58,039 bases of DNA from an uncultured Propionibacterium sp. (GCA_964293265.1 CAXYYR010000001.1:1-58039); one strand, 5' to 3'; counted from the stretch's first letter, positions 21,510 to 32,171 are shown. Numbers and translations: made by a program. Notes: generated by a model from the letters alone, not told the origin.

Positions 21510-23312
21510 ATGACCAGCGATCCCTCACTGACACCGATCGTGTTGGACGCCTATGCCGCCGGCAGTTGCCCGGTGAAGACGCGCAACCGCTTCGACCGCA
21601 CTGTTCAGCTGCCCGGAGGCACTGACTCCAGCAGCGAAGTGCGGGCGTCGAGCGACGCCGTGCAGGAATTGTTTGCCGGCTCGATGGCCTTCAAGTCCAA
21701 GGTGATGGACCACATTGCGGCGCGTCCCGGTGTTGTGGATCTGCGAGCATTCGCCGCCGAGGGTCGCCAGGCTCAGATCGACGCCACCATTGAGGCCGTC
21801 ACGAGTGAGGCACCGGCAATCATCGCCCCGGCCCTGCCCGGCGATATTGAGGGGCAGCGCTCCGGCGACCCCGATGTGCTGGTGCTCAGCCCGCCGCTGA
21901 CACGCGACGGCGGCGGCTATTTTCCGGTGGTGATCAAGCGGCACCGCGTGCTGGAGGCAAGCACCCTTGCCAGACGCCAACCGTGCACCCCTCTGGCAGC
22001 CGATGGCCCCCGAGTGATCCGAGTGCCCAATTGCGTCATCCGCACACATCGTGAGGGCGATCTGCTGGAGCTGGCGCATTATCGCCGCATGCTCGAGGCC
22101 CTGGGCTGGAGCACCACTGGAATGCCGGTTGCCGGCATCATCGGCACCGACCAGATTCTGCAACGAGCTGGCCGCCCCATGCTGGGCACCCGCCGCCAGC
22201 AGCGGCACACCAGCAGTGACCAGTTGGTGGTTGCCTGGGCAAATCTCAGCGCAAAACGTCTGCGCACCTTTGCCCGCACCTCATCGACGAAGTGGCGCTA
22301 TCGCTCGTCGATGGAGCGCTACGACCACGAATTCGAGTTCCGTCTGCGCGTGGCCCAGATTGCTGTGCGTCGGGTGGGCGCGGCGAATGATCCTGACCCG
22401 CGGGTGCGGCCGATCGTCATTCCCGAATGCGAGGTGTGCCCGTGGTGGGTGGCCTGCAAGCCACAGCTCAATGACGACGATCTGAGTCTGCGCATCGACA
22501 AGGCTCGTCTCGATGTGCGCGAGATCACGGTGCTGCGCACCATGGGAATTTCCACCATCGCCGATCTGGCAGGCGCTGATCTCGATGATTTGCTGCCGCG
22601 TTATCTGCCCCAGGTGGAACACCGGCCCGGCGCCGAGAACCGGCTGCGTCTGGCAGCCGAGCGCGCAGACATGCTGGCACACGGCATCGAGGTGAAGCGC
22701 ACCACCACAGGGGCGATCGAGCTGCCGAAACCCGGCTATTCCATCGTTCTGGACATTGAGACCAGCGCCGCGGCCAAGGTTTATCTGTGGGGCTTTCTGG
22801 TGAACGACCCCAACGACGCCGCAGGACCGCACTATGTGTCGTTCTCGCGGTTCGCCGACCTGGACCAGGCAAGCGAGCGCGCACTGGCCGAAGAGGCCGC
22901 CAGCTGGCTGGTTGCCGAGCTCACAGCCCATCCGGAGGCGAAGGTCTATCACTATTCGGACTACGAAGTGGTTCACATTCGCCGCATTGCCCTCAAGGGC
23001 TCGGTGCCGAAGCTGCGCGAGCTGGCACGCACGTGGACCACATCACATTTCTTCGATCTTTTCCCTGTGGTGCAGCAAAACTTCTTCGGGGTGCACGGGC
23101 TGGGTCTCAAGCGCATGGCCCATGATGGCGCCGGATTCCAATGGCGCGACGAGGACCCCGGCGGTCTCAACTCGCAGCTGTGGTTCGGCGAAGCGGTGCA
23201 TGCGGCTGACGCTGAGGTGCGCGCCACATATGCGCAGCGGGTGCTGGAATACAACGAGGACGATGTGCGCGCCACTAGGGCCCTGCGCATCTGGATGCGC
23301 AGCCTGAACTAG
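21510..23312 (+). CDS. TM0106 family RecB-like nuclease with C-terminal RNase H-like domain
   Basis: GDPDVLV..VIKRH (PD-(D/E)xK-like), LDIET, YHYS.YE, GLKRMA, YNEDDVRAT. Confidence 0.85.
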   Translation: MTSDPSLTPIVLDAYAAGSCPVKTRNRFDRTVQLPGGTDSSSEVRASSDAVQELFAGSMAFKSKVMDHIAARPGVVDLRAFAAEGRQAQIDATIEAVTSEAPAIIAPALPGDIEGQRSGDPDVLVLSPPLTRDGGGYFPVVIKRHRVLEASTLARRQPCTPLAADGPRVIRVPNCVIRTHREGDLLELAHYRRMLEALGWSTTGMPVAGIIGTDQILQRAGRPMLGTRRQQRHTSSDQLVVAWANLSAKRLRTFARTSSTKWRYRSSMERYDHEFEFRLRVAQIAVRRVGAANDPDPRVRPIVIPECEVCPWWVACKPQLNDDDLSLRIDKARLDVREITVLRTMGISTIADLAGADLDDLLPRYLPQVEHRPGAENRLRLAAERADMLAHGIEVKRTTTGAIELPKPGYSIVLDIETSAAAKVYLWGFLVNDPNDAAGPHYVSFSRFADLDQASERALAEEAASWLVAELTAHPEAKVYHYSDYEVVHIRRIALKGSVPKLRELARTWTTSHFFDLFPVVQQNFFGVHGLGLKRMAHDGAGFQWRDEDPGGLNSQLWFGEAVHAADAEVRATYAQRVLEYNEDDVRATRALRIWMRSLN

Positions 23313-23398
23313 TACGCATCTGGATGCGCAGCCTGAACTAGTGAGCATCTGGATGCACGGTCTGAACCAGTGCGTCCGGACGCACAGCGTTGATCAGC
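23287..23398 (+). repeat. 29-bp tandem repeat, 2 near-perfect plus 2 decaying copies
   Basis: GCATCTGGATGCGCAGCCTGAACTAGT at 23287 and 23316; degenerate copies at 23345 and 23372. Confidence 0.85.
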
Positions 23399-23402
23399 GC
23401 AG

Positions 23403-24284
23403 TTAGATCATCGAGATGGCCACGCCGGCCGCAATGCCCACTGCATAGGCCAGCTCGCCCAGGCCGGTGTTCTTCAGCGTTTTCACCAGGGCCATGCCCT
23501 GGGCTCCCCGCAGGATCACCAGCGCAGAGGGCACCAGGAAGACCAGGCACACGAGCCCGAGCAGCAGCCACCAGCTGGTGAGGGCCGCCGCACCAATCAC
23601 GCTGAGCGCTGCCACCACAACCAGCACTGCATACAAAACCCGCGTTGCCCGGTCACCGATCCTGGTTTCCAGGGTGCGCTTGCCCACTTCTGTGTCACCC
23701 ACGATGTCGCGCAGATTGTTGGTCACCAGCACGGCGCAGGCCAGCACACCGATTCCGGCGGCCACCAGCCAGCCGGCCAGATCAACGCCGTCGCTCAACA
23801 GATAGCTGGTGCCGCCCACCGCCACGAGGCCGAAGAACACGAACACGAAGATTTCGCCAAGCCCCAGATAGCCATAGGGATGGTTGCCACCGGTGTAGAA
23901 CCATGCAGCGAGAATGCAGGCCGCGCCAACCGCCAGCACCCACCAGTGTCCGGTGAGGATCACGGCCACCAGACCGGCCAGCCCGGCCACGCCGAAGCAT
24001 GCAACTGCGGCTGCCTTCACCTGGCTGGGCTTGGCCGCGCCCGAGCCCACCAGTCGCTGCGGCCCCACTCGGTTCTCATCGGAGCCGCGCACACCGTCGG
24101 AATAGTCGTTGGCGAAATTCACGCCGATGGCCAGCGCCAGGGCAACCAGCAGACAGAGCAGGGCAATTCCGATGGGGGCCGAGCCGCGCCACCATGCCAT
24201 GGCCGCGCCTGCCACCACCGGAGAGATTGCCGTGGGAAAGGTGCGCAGCCGCGCGCCTTCGATCCACTCCGACCGTGTTGCCAT
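23403..24284 (-). CDS. menA: 1,4-dihydroxy-2-naphthoate polyprenyltransferase
   Basis: WIEGARLRT, NFANDYSDGVRGSD, NNLRDI.GD..GKRTL. Start at MATRSEW. Confidence 0.95.
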   Translation of the reverse strand: MATRSEWIEGARLRTFPTAISPVVAGAAMAWWRGSAPIGIALLCLLVALALAIGVNFANDYSDGVRGSDENRVGPQRLVGSGAAKPSQVKAAAVACFGVAGLAGLVAVILTGHWWVLAVGAACILAAWFYTGGNHPYGYLGLGEIFVFVFFGLVAVGGTSYLLSDGVDLAGWLVAAGIGVLACAVLVTNNLRDIVGDTEVGKRTLETRIGDRATRVLYAVLVVVAALSVIGAAALTSWWLLLGLVCLVFLVPSALVILRGAQGMALVKTLKNTGLGELAYAVGIAAGVAISMI

Positions 24285-24377
24285 GCTTTTCCCCGTCCCA
24301 CCAGCGCCAATGCCCCAACCGGGCCGACGTCGATCATGCCACGACGCGCGGCTGGCCGCCGCCCCTAGACTGGCGCC

Positions 24378-24626
24378 ATGGCACGTATCCTCCCGGTGTT
24401 GGTTCTGCTGGCACTCACGATCTTCGCGGTCGTTGATCTCACCCAGACCAACCCCTATGACGTGCCCTACATGCCCAAGTGGATGTGGCTCATCGTGGTG
24501 ATCTTCGTGCCAGCAGTCGGCCCCGTGGCATGGATCGTGCTCAGCCGCATGCACGGCAGCGGGAATAACGATGGCCCCGCCCCTCGTCCGCCAGACGACA
24601 ACGACGACTGGTTGCGTCGGCTCTAG
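24378..24626 (+). CDS. Small membrane protein, PLDc N-terminal domain-like
   Basis: PKWMWLIVVIFVPAVGPVAW and PDD tail. Leaderless TAGACT-6nt-ATG. Confidence 0.8.
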   Translation: MARILPVLVLLALTIFAVVDLTQTNPYDVPYMPKWMWLIVVIFVPAVGPVAWIVLSRMHGSGNNDGPAPRPPDDNDDWLRRL

Positions 24627-24840
24627 TCATCGGGTGGGTTCATGAGCCCAGCAAATGCCGGCACCTCGACCACAAGGTGACCCCGAGGTGGCCGGACCCA
24701 ATTCAACGGTGCAGACTGGACGCTTGTAGGCTCATCCGGGCACTTCGTTTCGGGCCCCATCATTGGGGCTCCGGACACTGTCAGACGCGGGCCTGCGCAA
24801 CGTTGGACCACACTGGAATGTGGTGAGGAAAGGGGATCTG

Positions 24841-25269
24841 ATGGCCGACGACAATTACGACGACCTCTACAACTCGGATGTTGTCGACTCGGAGGGCAAG
24901 AAGATCGGCGGCGTGGGCCAGGTCTATCTCGACGACAAGACCGGACAGCCCACCTGGGTGACGGTGAAAACCGGCCTTTTCGGCACCCGCGAGAACTTCG
25001 TTCCCCTGCTGCATTCCGACGCCAGCAATGGCCAGATCAATGTTCCCTACACCGAGACCATGGTGAAGGACGCCCCCACCGTCGACCCCGATCGTCATCT
25101 CGACGCCGACGAAGAAGCAGATCTTTACAAGTACTACGGAATCGACACCGTGCCCGCCCACAAGAAAGGCGAGGCCAAGGGTTCCGACACCAATAGCCTC
25201 GAAGCGCAGGGCAACGAAGCCCCCGATAATGACAACACCAATGAGGTCTCGGGGAACTCAGCAGACTGA
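24841..25269 (+). CDS. PRC-barrel domain protein
   Basis: VVDSEGKKIGGVGQVYLDD..GQPTWVTVKTGLFG..FVPL; GAAAGGGG RBS. Confidence 0.88.
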   Translation: MADDNYDDLYNSDVVDSEGKKIGGVGQVYLDDKTGQPTWVTVKTGLFGTRENFVPLLHSDASNGQINVPYTETMVKDAPTVDPDRHLDADEEADLYKYYGIDTVPAHKKGEAKGSDTNSLEAQGNEAPDNDNTNEVSGNSAD

Positions 25270-25318
25270 AGATCACCGGCGTCCTTCAGACGCCACACAA
25301 CACTCCCGCCGGCGTCCT

Positions 25319-25783
25319 TCAGACCCCGAAGTCCACAATCCCCTCGGCATCGAGTTCGCCATCGGGCCAGACTGCCCGCACGATTCCCGCAGCAGACAGC
25401 GCCTTGCGGCAGCCGGGGCAGGGTTCATCTGTGATGTAGGCCGTGGCGCCCTTCGTGTCGCGGGTGGCGAAAAGCATGGCATTCATCTCGGCATGAATGG
25501 CAATGCAGAAGCCGGGCGCGCCGGGCCTGTCGTAGTCGCCCAAGCCGGGCACCTCGTCATAGGAAAGCCGTCCGCGTGGGCATGCGCCTTCGAGGCAATC
25601 AGGACGCCCGGGAGCGGCGCCGTTGTAACCGGTGGCAATGATGCGGTGGTCATCGCCCACCAGGACGGCGCCGACGCGCCGGCGGGTGCATTTGGCCCGG
25701 GCAGCCACTGCCTGTGCAATATCGAGAAAATACTGGTCCCAGGAGGGAACGGTGATTTCGGCACCGGGCCTGATTGTTGCCAT
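25319..25783 (-). CDS. dCMP deaminase family (ComEB-like) zinc deaminase
   Basis: WDQYF, ATGYNG, HAEMNA, PCPGC. Confidence 0.92.
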   Translation of the reverse strand: MATIRPGAEITVPSWDQYFLDIAQAVAARAKCTRRRVGAVLVGDDHRIIATGYNGAAPGRPDCLEGACPRGRLSYDEVPGLGDYDRPGAPGFCIAIHAEMNAMLFATRDTKGATAYITDEPCPGCRKALSAAGIVRAVWPDGELDAEGIVDFGV

Positions 25784-25796
25784 GGGCACAGCCTAA

Positions 25797-26825
25797 TCAG
25801 ATATCGATGTCCTCATACGACCGCGGATCGCCCTTGGGCTCCAGGTGTGCCGAGACGCGAAGATCAGGCAACACCGCCACCAGTTCGTCGATCACGTCCT
25901 CGGCCAGGTCGTGGGCGCGTTTCACGCTCCACTCGTCAGGCACCAGCACATGCATTTCCATGAACCGGCGGTTGCCCGATTCACGAGTGCGCACGGCATG
26001 GAAATCGATCTGACCACTGGCGCGGAAACGATCCAGAACTGCCTCAATCTTGGCCTCGTCCTCAGCCGGCAAAGCAATGTCCATGAGGCCCTCGGACGAG
26101 CTGCGGATGAGCCGCCATCCGGTCCACAAAATATTGGCGCCGGCTGCCAGGGCAACAACAGGGTCGAGCACCTGAATGTGGGTGATGGCCACCAGGCCCA
26201 CACCCACCAGCACAGCAACCGAGGTGACCACGTCGGTCATGAGATGGCGTCCGTCGGCACTCAGCGTGGCTGAACGGCGCTTGTCGCCAGCGCGGATGAG
26301 CACCCACCCGACAACACCGTTGATCACCGCGGCGATCACCGAGATGAGCAGGCCGATGCCAAGCTGCTCGGGCATGCGGGGATTGAGGATGCGCTCAATG
26401 GCCGTGTAGATGATGATCACTGCGGCAACAAAGATGAGGATGCCTTCGAAGGCAGCCGAAAAATATTCGGCCTTGGAATGTCCGAAGGGATGGTTGGCGT
26501 CAGGTGGTTTGATGCTCACCTTCAACGCCACCAGCGCAAAGATTGCCGCCGCCAGGTTCACCACCGATTCCAGGGCGTCGGACAGCAGGCCCACCGAGCC
26601 GGTGAGCCACGCCGCGGCAGCCTTGAGGATGATCGTCACCAGGGCCGCGCCGATCGACAGCCAGGCAAAACGGCTCAGATCAACCGGTGCGCCATAACGC
26701 TGGTTGGGGGCGTCGGTGCTGTTGGAGGTACCAGTGCTGTTGGTGGCAACGGGGGTGTGGCCAGCCGCGTCACCAGCCGTTTGGGCTACGCGCCCATTGG
26801 CAGGGGCGGGGATCGGATCACTCAC
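25797..26825 (-). CDS. Cation diffusion facilitator family transporter
   Basis: SDALES, HPFGHSKAEY, HLMTD, C-terminal HLEP. GTG start inferred from GATAAT 6 nt upstream. Confidence 0.92.
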   Translation of the reverse strand: MSDPIPAPANGRVAQTAGDAAGHTPVATNSTGTSNSTDAPNQRYGAPVDLSRFAWLSIGAALVTIILKAAAAWLTGSVGLLSDALESVVNLAAAIFALVALKVSIKPPDANHPFGHSKAEYFSAAFEGILIFVAAVIIIYTAIERILNPRMPEQLGIGLLISVIAAVINGVVGWVLIRAGDKRRSATLSADGRHLMTDVVTSVAVLVGVGLVAITHIQVLDPVVALAAGANILWTGWRLIRSSSEGLMDIALPAEDEAKIEAVLDRFRASGQIDFHAVRTRESGNRRFMEMHVLVPDEWSVKRAHDLAEDVIDELVAVLPDLRVSAHLEPKGDPRSYEDIDI

Positions 26826-26949
26826 ACCTGCCATTATCCCCGCCAACCACACGAACCGCCCAAGGCTAGGATCCGCGCCCGTGATCGGTTGGCGCAGATT
26901 CTGCACCCGCGGTGGGCGCTGTGCCGCGCATCGCCATTAGTCTGGGGCC

Positions 26950-28587
26950 ATGTCCCGTCCAGCCTGGTTCGGCGTTCTTCCCTTTCTGGGACGCCACTCG
27001 TCCACCCGCGAAGAGACCGCCCCCGTGCAGGGCCTGGTGATCGCCGGTGGCGGCGCCAAGGCCAGCTTCCAGATCGGCGCCCTGCGCTATCTGTATGAAC
27101 GCGAGCACATTGCCCCCAGCGTGATCAGCGCCACCTCGGCGGGATCAATTCTGGGCGCGCTGATCGCCCAGTCGCGCGACCCCGGCGAGCAGCTGGCTTC
27201 GCTGCACCGCATCGAGAAGATCTGGCTCGAGATGAACCAGCCCTCCGACATGTTCACCGAACGCCCCTGGTTCACCGCCGTGAAGGCCCACTCGGATGCA
27301 CTCGATGTGCTGCGTCAGGTGGAGGAAAGCCAGAATTCCGAGCCCAAGCCCACGTCAGAGTCGGGGTCGGGATCAGAGGCTGGGCCCACGAAGAGCGCGG
27401 GAATCTGGTCGCGGTTCAACCTGTGGCCGCGGGGTCAGGCGGGCAGGGATGCCGATGCGCGCGGTCACGAGGCCGAGACACCCGGTGCGGATGAGAAGCC
27501 TGCCGAGAACGAGGCCCAGGCGGGTGCCCGCGAGCTCACACGGGCCAATACGTCCACCGACGAGCTGGATGGGTTGAGCCCCCAGGAGCGCACACTGGCG
27601 CTGACAATGGCCGACGAGCCGGGCGAGCCCCTGGAGTGGTCACCCAATGTGTTCTTCCAACTGGCGTCGGGACTGCCCCATCTCGGGCGTGCCGGGGCCG
27701 ATCTCACTGCCGCCTGGCGAGGCATGGGACGCAATCGGTCTTTTTTCAAGCCGGGGCCGATTCTGCGCAAGCTCCTGTCGCGTGATTTTTTCCACTCTGA
27801 AGCCGTCACCTCGTCGGGCATGACGCTGCGCTGTGCCTTCGTCGGGCTCAACACCGGCGAGCTTCGGTTCATGCGTGAGGACGGACGCCTGGTTGACCGC
27901 AATGACAAGCCACTTGGCGGGCAGGCCTTCGACATCTCCATGGGAGTGCTCGCATCGTGTTCTATTCCGGGCGTCTTCAAGCCTGTGCAGATGGACGACG
28001 ACTGGTATGTCGATGGCGGCATCCGCGAAAACGTGCCGGTTGAGAAGGCTGTTTCCGATCTCGGAGTGACCAAGCCCTATGTGATCGTGCCCACGCCCTC
28101 GGGGCTGAACCTCGACAGGAATGCGGGCTCGGGCGATCTGGTGTCGATCCTTTTCCGGGTGACCTCGATCCAGTCCGACGAATCCGAGCGCGATGAGGTT
28201 GCCTATGCCCGCAGCACCGGGGCGGTGGTGATCGAGCCTGAGGTGTTTGTGCATGATTCGATGAATTTCGATGCCGGCACGCTGCGCATCAACCGTGACT
28301 ACGGCTGGATCAGGGCAGCAGAGGCCGTGGCCGAGGCGAGTGCGGCTGAGCAGAAGATCAACCGCGAGATCATCGTGGCGCGTCTGCAATCGTGGCAACG
28401 CGAGCGGCGGATGCAACCGGGCAGCGAGCTGGAATACGACCCGGAGCTGCTGGAAGAGCTCAGCGAGATCAAGTCCCGTCTGCAGGCGCTGCTGCAACGC
28501 GCCAATCCTGCATTGTTGCCTCCGGGCGCCGAGCTCTGGTGGCAGCAGTCCGAGGGCGGACCCGATGTGGGCGGTGCAGATGCATGA
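26950..28587 (+). CDS. Patatin-like phospholipase
   Basis: GGGAK, ATSAG nucleophile elbow, DGG. Confidence 0.9.
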   Translation: MSRPAWFGVLPFLGRHSSTREETAPVQGLVIAGGGAKASFQIGALRYLYEREHIAPSVISATSAGSILGALIAQSRDPGEQLASLHRIEKIWLEMNQPSDMFTERPWFTAVKAHSDALDVLRQVEESQNSEPKPTSESGSGSEAGPTKSAGIWSRFNLWPRGQAGRDADARGHEAETPGADEKPAENEAQAGARELTRANTSTDELDGLSPQERTLALTMADEPGEPLEWSPNVFFQLASGLPHLGRAGADLTAAWRGMGRNRSFFKPGPILRKLLSRDFFHSEAVTSSGMTLRCAFVGLNTGELRFMREDGRLVDRNDKPLGGQAFDISMGVLASCSIPGVFKPVQMDDDWYVDGGIRENVPVEKAVSDLGVTKPYVIVPTPSGLNLDRNAGSGDLVSILFRVTSIQSDESERDEVAYARSTGAVVIEPEVFVHDSMNFDAGTLRINRDYGWIRAAEAVAEASAAEQKINREIIVARLQSWQRERRMQPGSELEYDPELLEELSEIKSRLQALLQRANPALLPPGAELWWQQSEGGPDVGGADA

Positions 28588-28906
28588 CCATCTTCATGGC
28601 GCCCTGGTCTACGACCGTGATGGTCAACAGATCGGGCAGGTGGCCGAGATCTTTCCCGGTGGACGTGACGGCGATCCATTGGCCGTGGCAGTGGGCACCG
28701 GCCTGTTTGCCGCTCGCAAGGTGCTCGTGCCACTGATCAATGCCCAGGTCGGCTGGCAGCGCATCGACGTGCCCTATATGGCTGCGCGTGTCACCTCGGC
28801 CCCCGTAATGCCATCGTCTCTCGGCGTGATGCGTGGGCCACGCAACCTCGATCAACAGACCGCCGCGCTGGTGAGCGCCCATTACGGACTTGTGGCGCTG
28901 AAGTAG
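28580..28906 (+). CDS. PRC-barrel domain protein
   Basis: VYDRDGQQIGQV..VGTGLF..LVPL; overlaps the patatin stop. Confidence 0.75.
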   Translation: MHDHLHGALVYDRDGQQIGQVAEIFPGGRDGDPLAVAVGTGLFAARKVLVPLINAQVGWQRIDVPYMAARVTSAPVMPSSLGVMRGPRNLDQQTAALVSAHYGLVALK

Positions 28907-29100
28907 ACGCCTCCGGCTAAACCTCCGGCGCTGAGATAGGCACCTCCGAATGAACTTCTGGCCCTTCCGTCAGCATCAGCTGAGCCTGTGCAAAGATGCG
29001 AGTTGAGGCCCCGGAGTCGTCACTGATGCACCCATCAGCCCCGCCGCCCCAGAACGTGTTGCGCCACAGCTGGCGCTGCAGGCGACGAAAGGTGCAACAG

Positions 29101-29769
29101 ATGACGTGGTTGGCAGTGGCCCTTGGCCTGGCAGGCCTCATTGTGGCGGTGATTGCCCTGGTGCTGGCGCGGGTGGCCAATCGGGCAGCCCACGAATCCC
29201 ATGAGAATGTGACAGCCGCTGTGCAGGCGGCCTTCAGTGCGGCTGCCGACGCCCAGAAGAGCCACCAGGAGCTGGTGGCCCGCACCCGCGAAGCGCTGCG
29301 TCACGAAGCCGATGAGCATGCAGCTCCGTTCCCCGGAAGCCAGGAACCACATCACGTAAAGCCCTTCACCTGGGCCCTCAAGTTGTCCACCGATGACCAG
29401 GGTCTGGTCACCAGCGTGCGGGTGATCAACGAGGGCGCAGCCCTGGCCCACGACGTCACTTTCATTCTCAACAGCGATGAGCACGCCGAGCGTTCCCTTC
29501 ATTTCGGCAAGATCCGCCCCGAGCGCCAGGTTGATCTGCGTGCTGAGCAGACAGTCACCATTCATCGCCGACGTGTCGCTGGCGCCAACCCCGAGCTGGA
29601 TTCTCCCGAGCTGGGTATGGCCACCGACATCCCCCGCACTTTCGGCCCTGTTGACACCAAGTTGCGGCTCAGCGTGATCGCCGTCACCGATGAGGGCACG
29701 CCTGAGGCATGCGTGATCGAGCAGATTCTGCGCACCACCGAGAAGGGCTCCCAGCTCGTCGACGCATGA
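29101..29769 (+). CDS. Hypothetical protein with N-terminal membrane anchor
   Basis: MTWLAVALGLAGLIVAVIALVLA after a GAAAGG RBS. Confidence 0.7.
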   Translation: MTWLAVALGLAGLIVAVIALVLARVANRAAHESHENVTAAVQAAFSAAADAQKSHQELVARTREALRHEADEHAAPFPGSQEPHHVKPFTWALKLSTDDQGLVTSVRVINEGAALAHDVTFILNSDEHAERSLHFGKIRPERQVDLRAEQTVTIHRRRVAGANPELDSPELGMATDIPRTFGPVDTKLRLSVIAVTDEGTPEACVIEQILRTTEKGSQLVDA

Positions 29770-29972
29770 GTGGCGGGCCGCAAGCAGGACATGTGTGGAT
29801 CCTCGCACTTGTCGTCCCCAACTTGTCATCTCAACAAGACATTCCTCATCGCTCATGGTGTTTCCCACACCCGGCGTGTTAGTTCTTCCTGCCCGCGGGA
29901 TACCATCGAGTTATCAGTTCAGACACCCGAGCAGAGCCGAATCCAGCGGCACACGCCGCAGAAGGAGCACCC

Positions 29973-31076
29973 ATGAATCCCCGTCTGAAAGCACTGGCCG
30001 ACGCCGGAGTCTCCATCTGGCTGGACGATCTGTCCCGAGCCCGGCTCACCAGTGGTGGCCTGGCCGATCTCATCAAGAACAGCTCGGTGGTGGGCGTCAC
30101 CACCAATCCCACAATTTTTGCCGGTGCGCTGTCGCATGGCGCCGATTACGCCCCGCAGCTGAAGGCCCTTGGCCCGGTGAGCACAGCGGAGGCGATCAAG
30201 CAGCTCACCGCCACCGATGTGCGCGATGCCTGCGATCTGTTCGCGCCCATTTTTGCCGCGAGCAATGGTTACGACGGCCGGGTCTCCATTGAGGTGGAGC
30301 CGGGTCTTGCCAATGACACCGATGCAACCATCGCCCAGGCTGCCGAGCTGCACAAGCTCGTTGACCGCGAGAATGTGCTCATCAAGATTCCGGCCACCAA
30401 GGCGGGGCTTCCGGCAATCGAGGCGACCATTGCTGCCGGAATTTCGGTGAATGTCACGCTGATTTTCTCTGTTGAGCGCTATCGCGAGGTGATGGACGCC
30501 TATCTGTCCGGCCTGGAGAAGGCATACACCGCGGGCAAGGACCTGTCGAAGATCCATTCGGTGGCCTCGTTCTTCATCTCCCGGGTGGACTCGGAGATCG
30601 ACAAGCGGCTCGAGGCGCTTGGCCATTCCGAGCTGGCCGGCAAGGCCGGTGTGGCCAACGGCCTGGTGGCATTCGGGGCCTATCAGGAGGTGTTTGCGTC
30701 AGAGCGCTTCAAGAAGCTCAAGGGTGAGGGTGCAAACCTGCAGCGTCCGTTGTGGGCATCAACCGGCACGAAGAGTGCCGCCTACCCCGACACGCTCTAT
30801 GTCAGTGATCTGGTGGCACGTGGCGTGGTGAACACCATGCCCGAGAAGACGATGAACGCCTTCGCCGATCATGGCGAGCCAGGCGCCACCATTGCCGGGC
30901 ATGCCGCTGAGGGGCAGCAGACCTTGGACCAGATTGCTGCTGCCGGCGTGCCACTGGCAGAGGTGTTCAACCAGCTGGAGACCGAGGGCGTTGACAAGTT
31001 CATTGCCTCGTGGGGCGACCTTGTGGCCAGCGTTGAGGCTGCCATGAGGGCCTGTTTCCGCCCCACCCCCCACTGA
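29973..31076 (+). CDS. tal: Transaldolase
   Basis: [41 protein letters not shown]. Confidence 0.96.
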   Translation: MNPRLKALADAGVSIWLDDLSRARLTSGGLADLIKNSSVVGVTTNPTIFAGALSHGADYAPQLKALGPVSTAEAIKQLTATDVRDACDLFAPIFAASNGYDGRVSIEVEPGLANDTDATIAQAAELHKLVDRENVLIKIPATKAGLPAIEATIAAGISVNVTLIFSVERYREVMDAYLSGLEKAYTAGKDLSKIHSVASFFISRVDSEIDKRLEALGHSELAGKAGVANGLVAFGAYQEVFASERFKKLKGEGANLQRPLWASTGTKSAAYPDTLYVSDLVARGVVNTMPEKTMNAFADHGEPGATIAGHAAEGQQTLDQIAAAGVPLAEVFNQLETEGVDKFIASWGDLVASVEAAMRACFRPTPH

Positions 31077-31101
31077 GCGCTCACATAGTTGGCGTTTCCC
31101 A

Positions 31102-31148
31102 AAAACCCCGGTTGTCCCGCCCCCCAAAGGCTGGAGCAACCGGGTTTT
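31102..31148 (+). terminator. Hairpin after tal
   Basis: AAAACCCCGGTTG...CAACCGGGTTTT. Confidence 0.6.
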
Positions 31149-31232
31149 CTGCATGTTCCAATTGCTCAGCGCCTTTGATACCGTCCGGTTAACCACCCCA
31201 CATTTGGTTCACCCCTAAGGACACAAACCCAC

Positions 31233-32171
31233 ATGTCAAAATTTAACTATTCCCGGCTCGGGGCCCTCGCTGCTGCGGGCATCCTGGCCACTGGATCACT
31301 GGGTCTTAGCGCTCCACCCGCAGGTGCCGACTCCGCAGATGATTCTGCAAGCGTTGGACTCAGCTGGATTATCCGCATGGATGATGGCGGCAGCAAGACC
31401 GAGATCGGCACGCAATGGAAGCTGACCAACAACAAAACAGGCGAAGTGCGAGAGTTCACCGATCAGGGTACGAACGATGAAGAAGCCGGGCAATACGGGC
31501 ACGGCTTCATCCTCATGGAGTCAGTCGGCTCAATTCTGAAATTGGGTGACAGCTTCACCCTGGATCTGGTGACGCCCATTCCCGGCTACGGAGTTCCCGT
31601 CAGCATGTACAGCCACACGGTGCCCTTCACTTCCACAGCAGTGCCCGACAAATCCGTTGCTGATCCGAACAAATTGACCGATTCGATGACTGTGGGACTG
31701 TTTGACCTGCACCGGCTCACTGACACACTCAGCTACGACGCCAACTCAGCCGACGCCGCTGGAACTGTTGATCCCCACACGAGCCACGCGGACGAAGCCA
31801 TCACCATTGCCGACAACGGTTTCGAATTGACCGGTTCAGACTTCCTGGGCTGGAACACCCGGGCTGACGGGTCAGGCGACAGCTTCGCCCCCGGCGACGA
31901 ATTCAACATGGTCTGCGCTGACACATGGCGCGACTGCAGCACCACGCTGTATGCCCAATGGAAGGCCCAGCCAGTCGTGACGCCTCCGCCTTCTGAGACA
32001 TCCGGCGTATCGGCCACACCCCCGGATGGGTCCACTGCTGACGCTGACGGCGCCGCTGTTGAGACCGGTGGTGACACCACCGATATGGGCTCCATTGGTC
32101 TTGCCGTTGGCGTTGCTGCCCTCGCGCTGGGTGGCACCGCCACTGCAATTGTGGCCCGCAAACGCCACTGA
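31233..32171 (+). CDS. Secreted cell-surface protein with InlB B-repeat and VETG-TM-basic tail
   Basis: Signal peptide; YDAN..FLGWNT.ADGSG..TLYAQW; C-terminal VETG + hydrophobic helix + RKRH. Confidence 0.85.
   Translation: MSKFNYSRLGALAAAGILATGSLGLSAPPAGADSADDSASVGLSWIIRMDDGGSKTEIGTQWKLTNNKTGEVREFTDQGTNDEEAGQYGHGFILMESVGSILKLGDSFTLDLVTPIPGYGVPVSMYSHTVPFTSTAVPDKSVADPNKLTDSMTVGLFDLHRLTDTLSYDANSADAAGTVDPHTSHADEAITIADNGFELTGSDFLGWNTRADGSGDSFAPGDEFNMVCADTWRDCSTTLYAQWKAQPVVTPPPSETSGVSATPPDGSTADADGAAVETGGDTTDMGSIGLAVGVAALALGGTATAIVARKRH

Noticed and set aside
23287-23398. CRISPR array beside a RecB/Cas4-like nuclease
   Set aside because: Units are contiguous with no spacers, and no cas genes are present.
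31053-31100. TGT-start transposon (Tn7/IS21-like) end after tal
   Set aside because: No matching inverted end, convincing repeated binding sites or transposase seen in the window.
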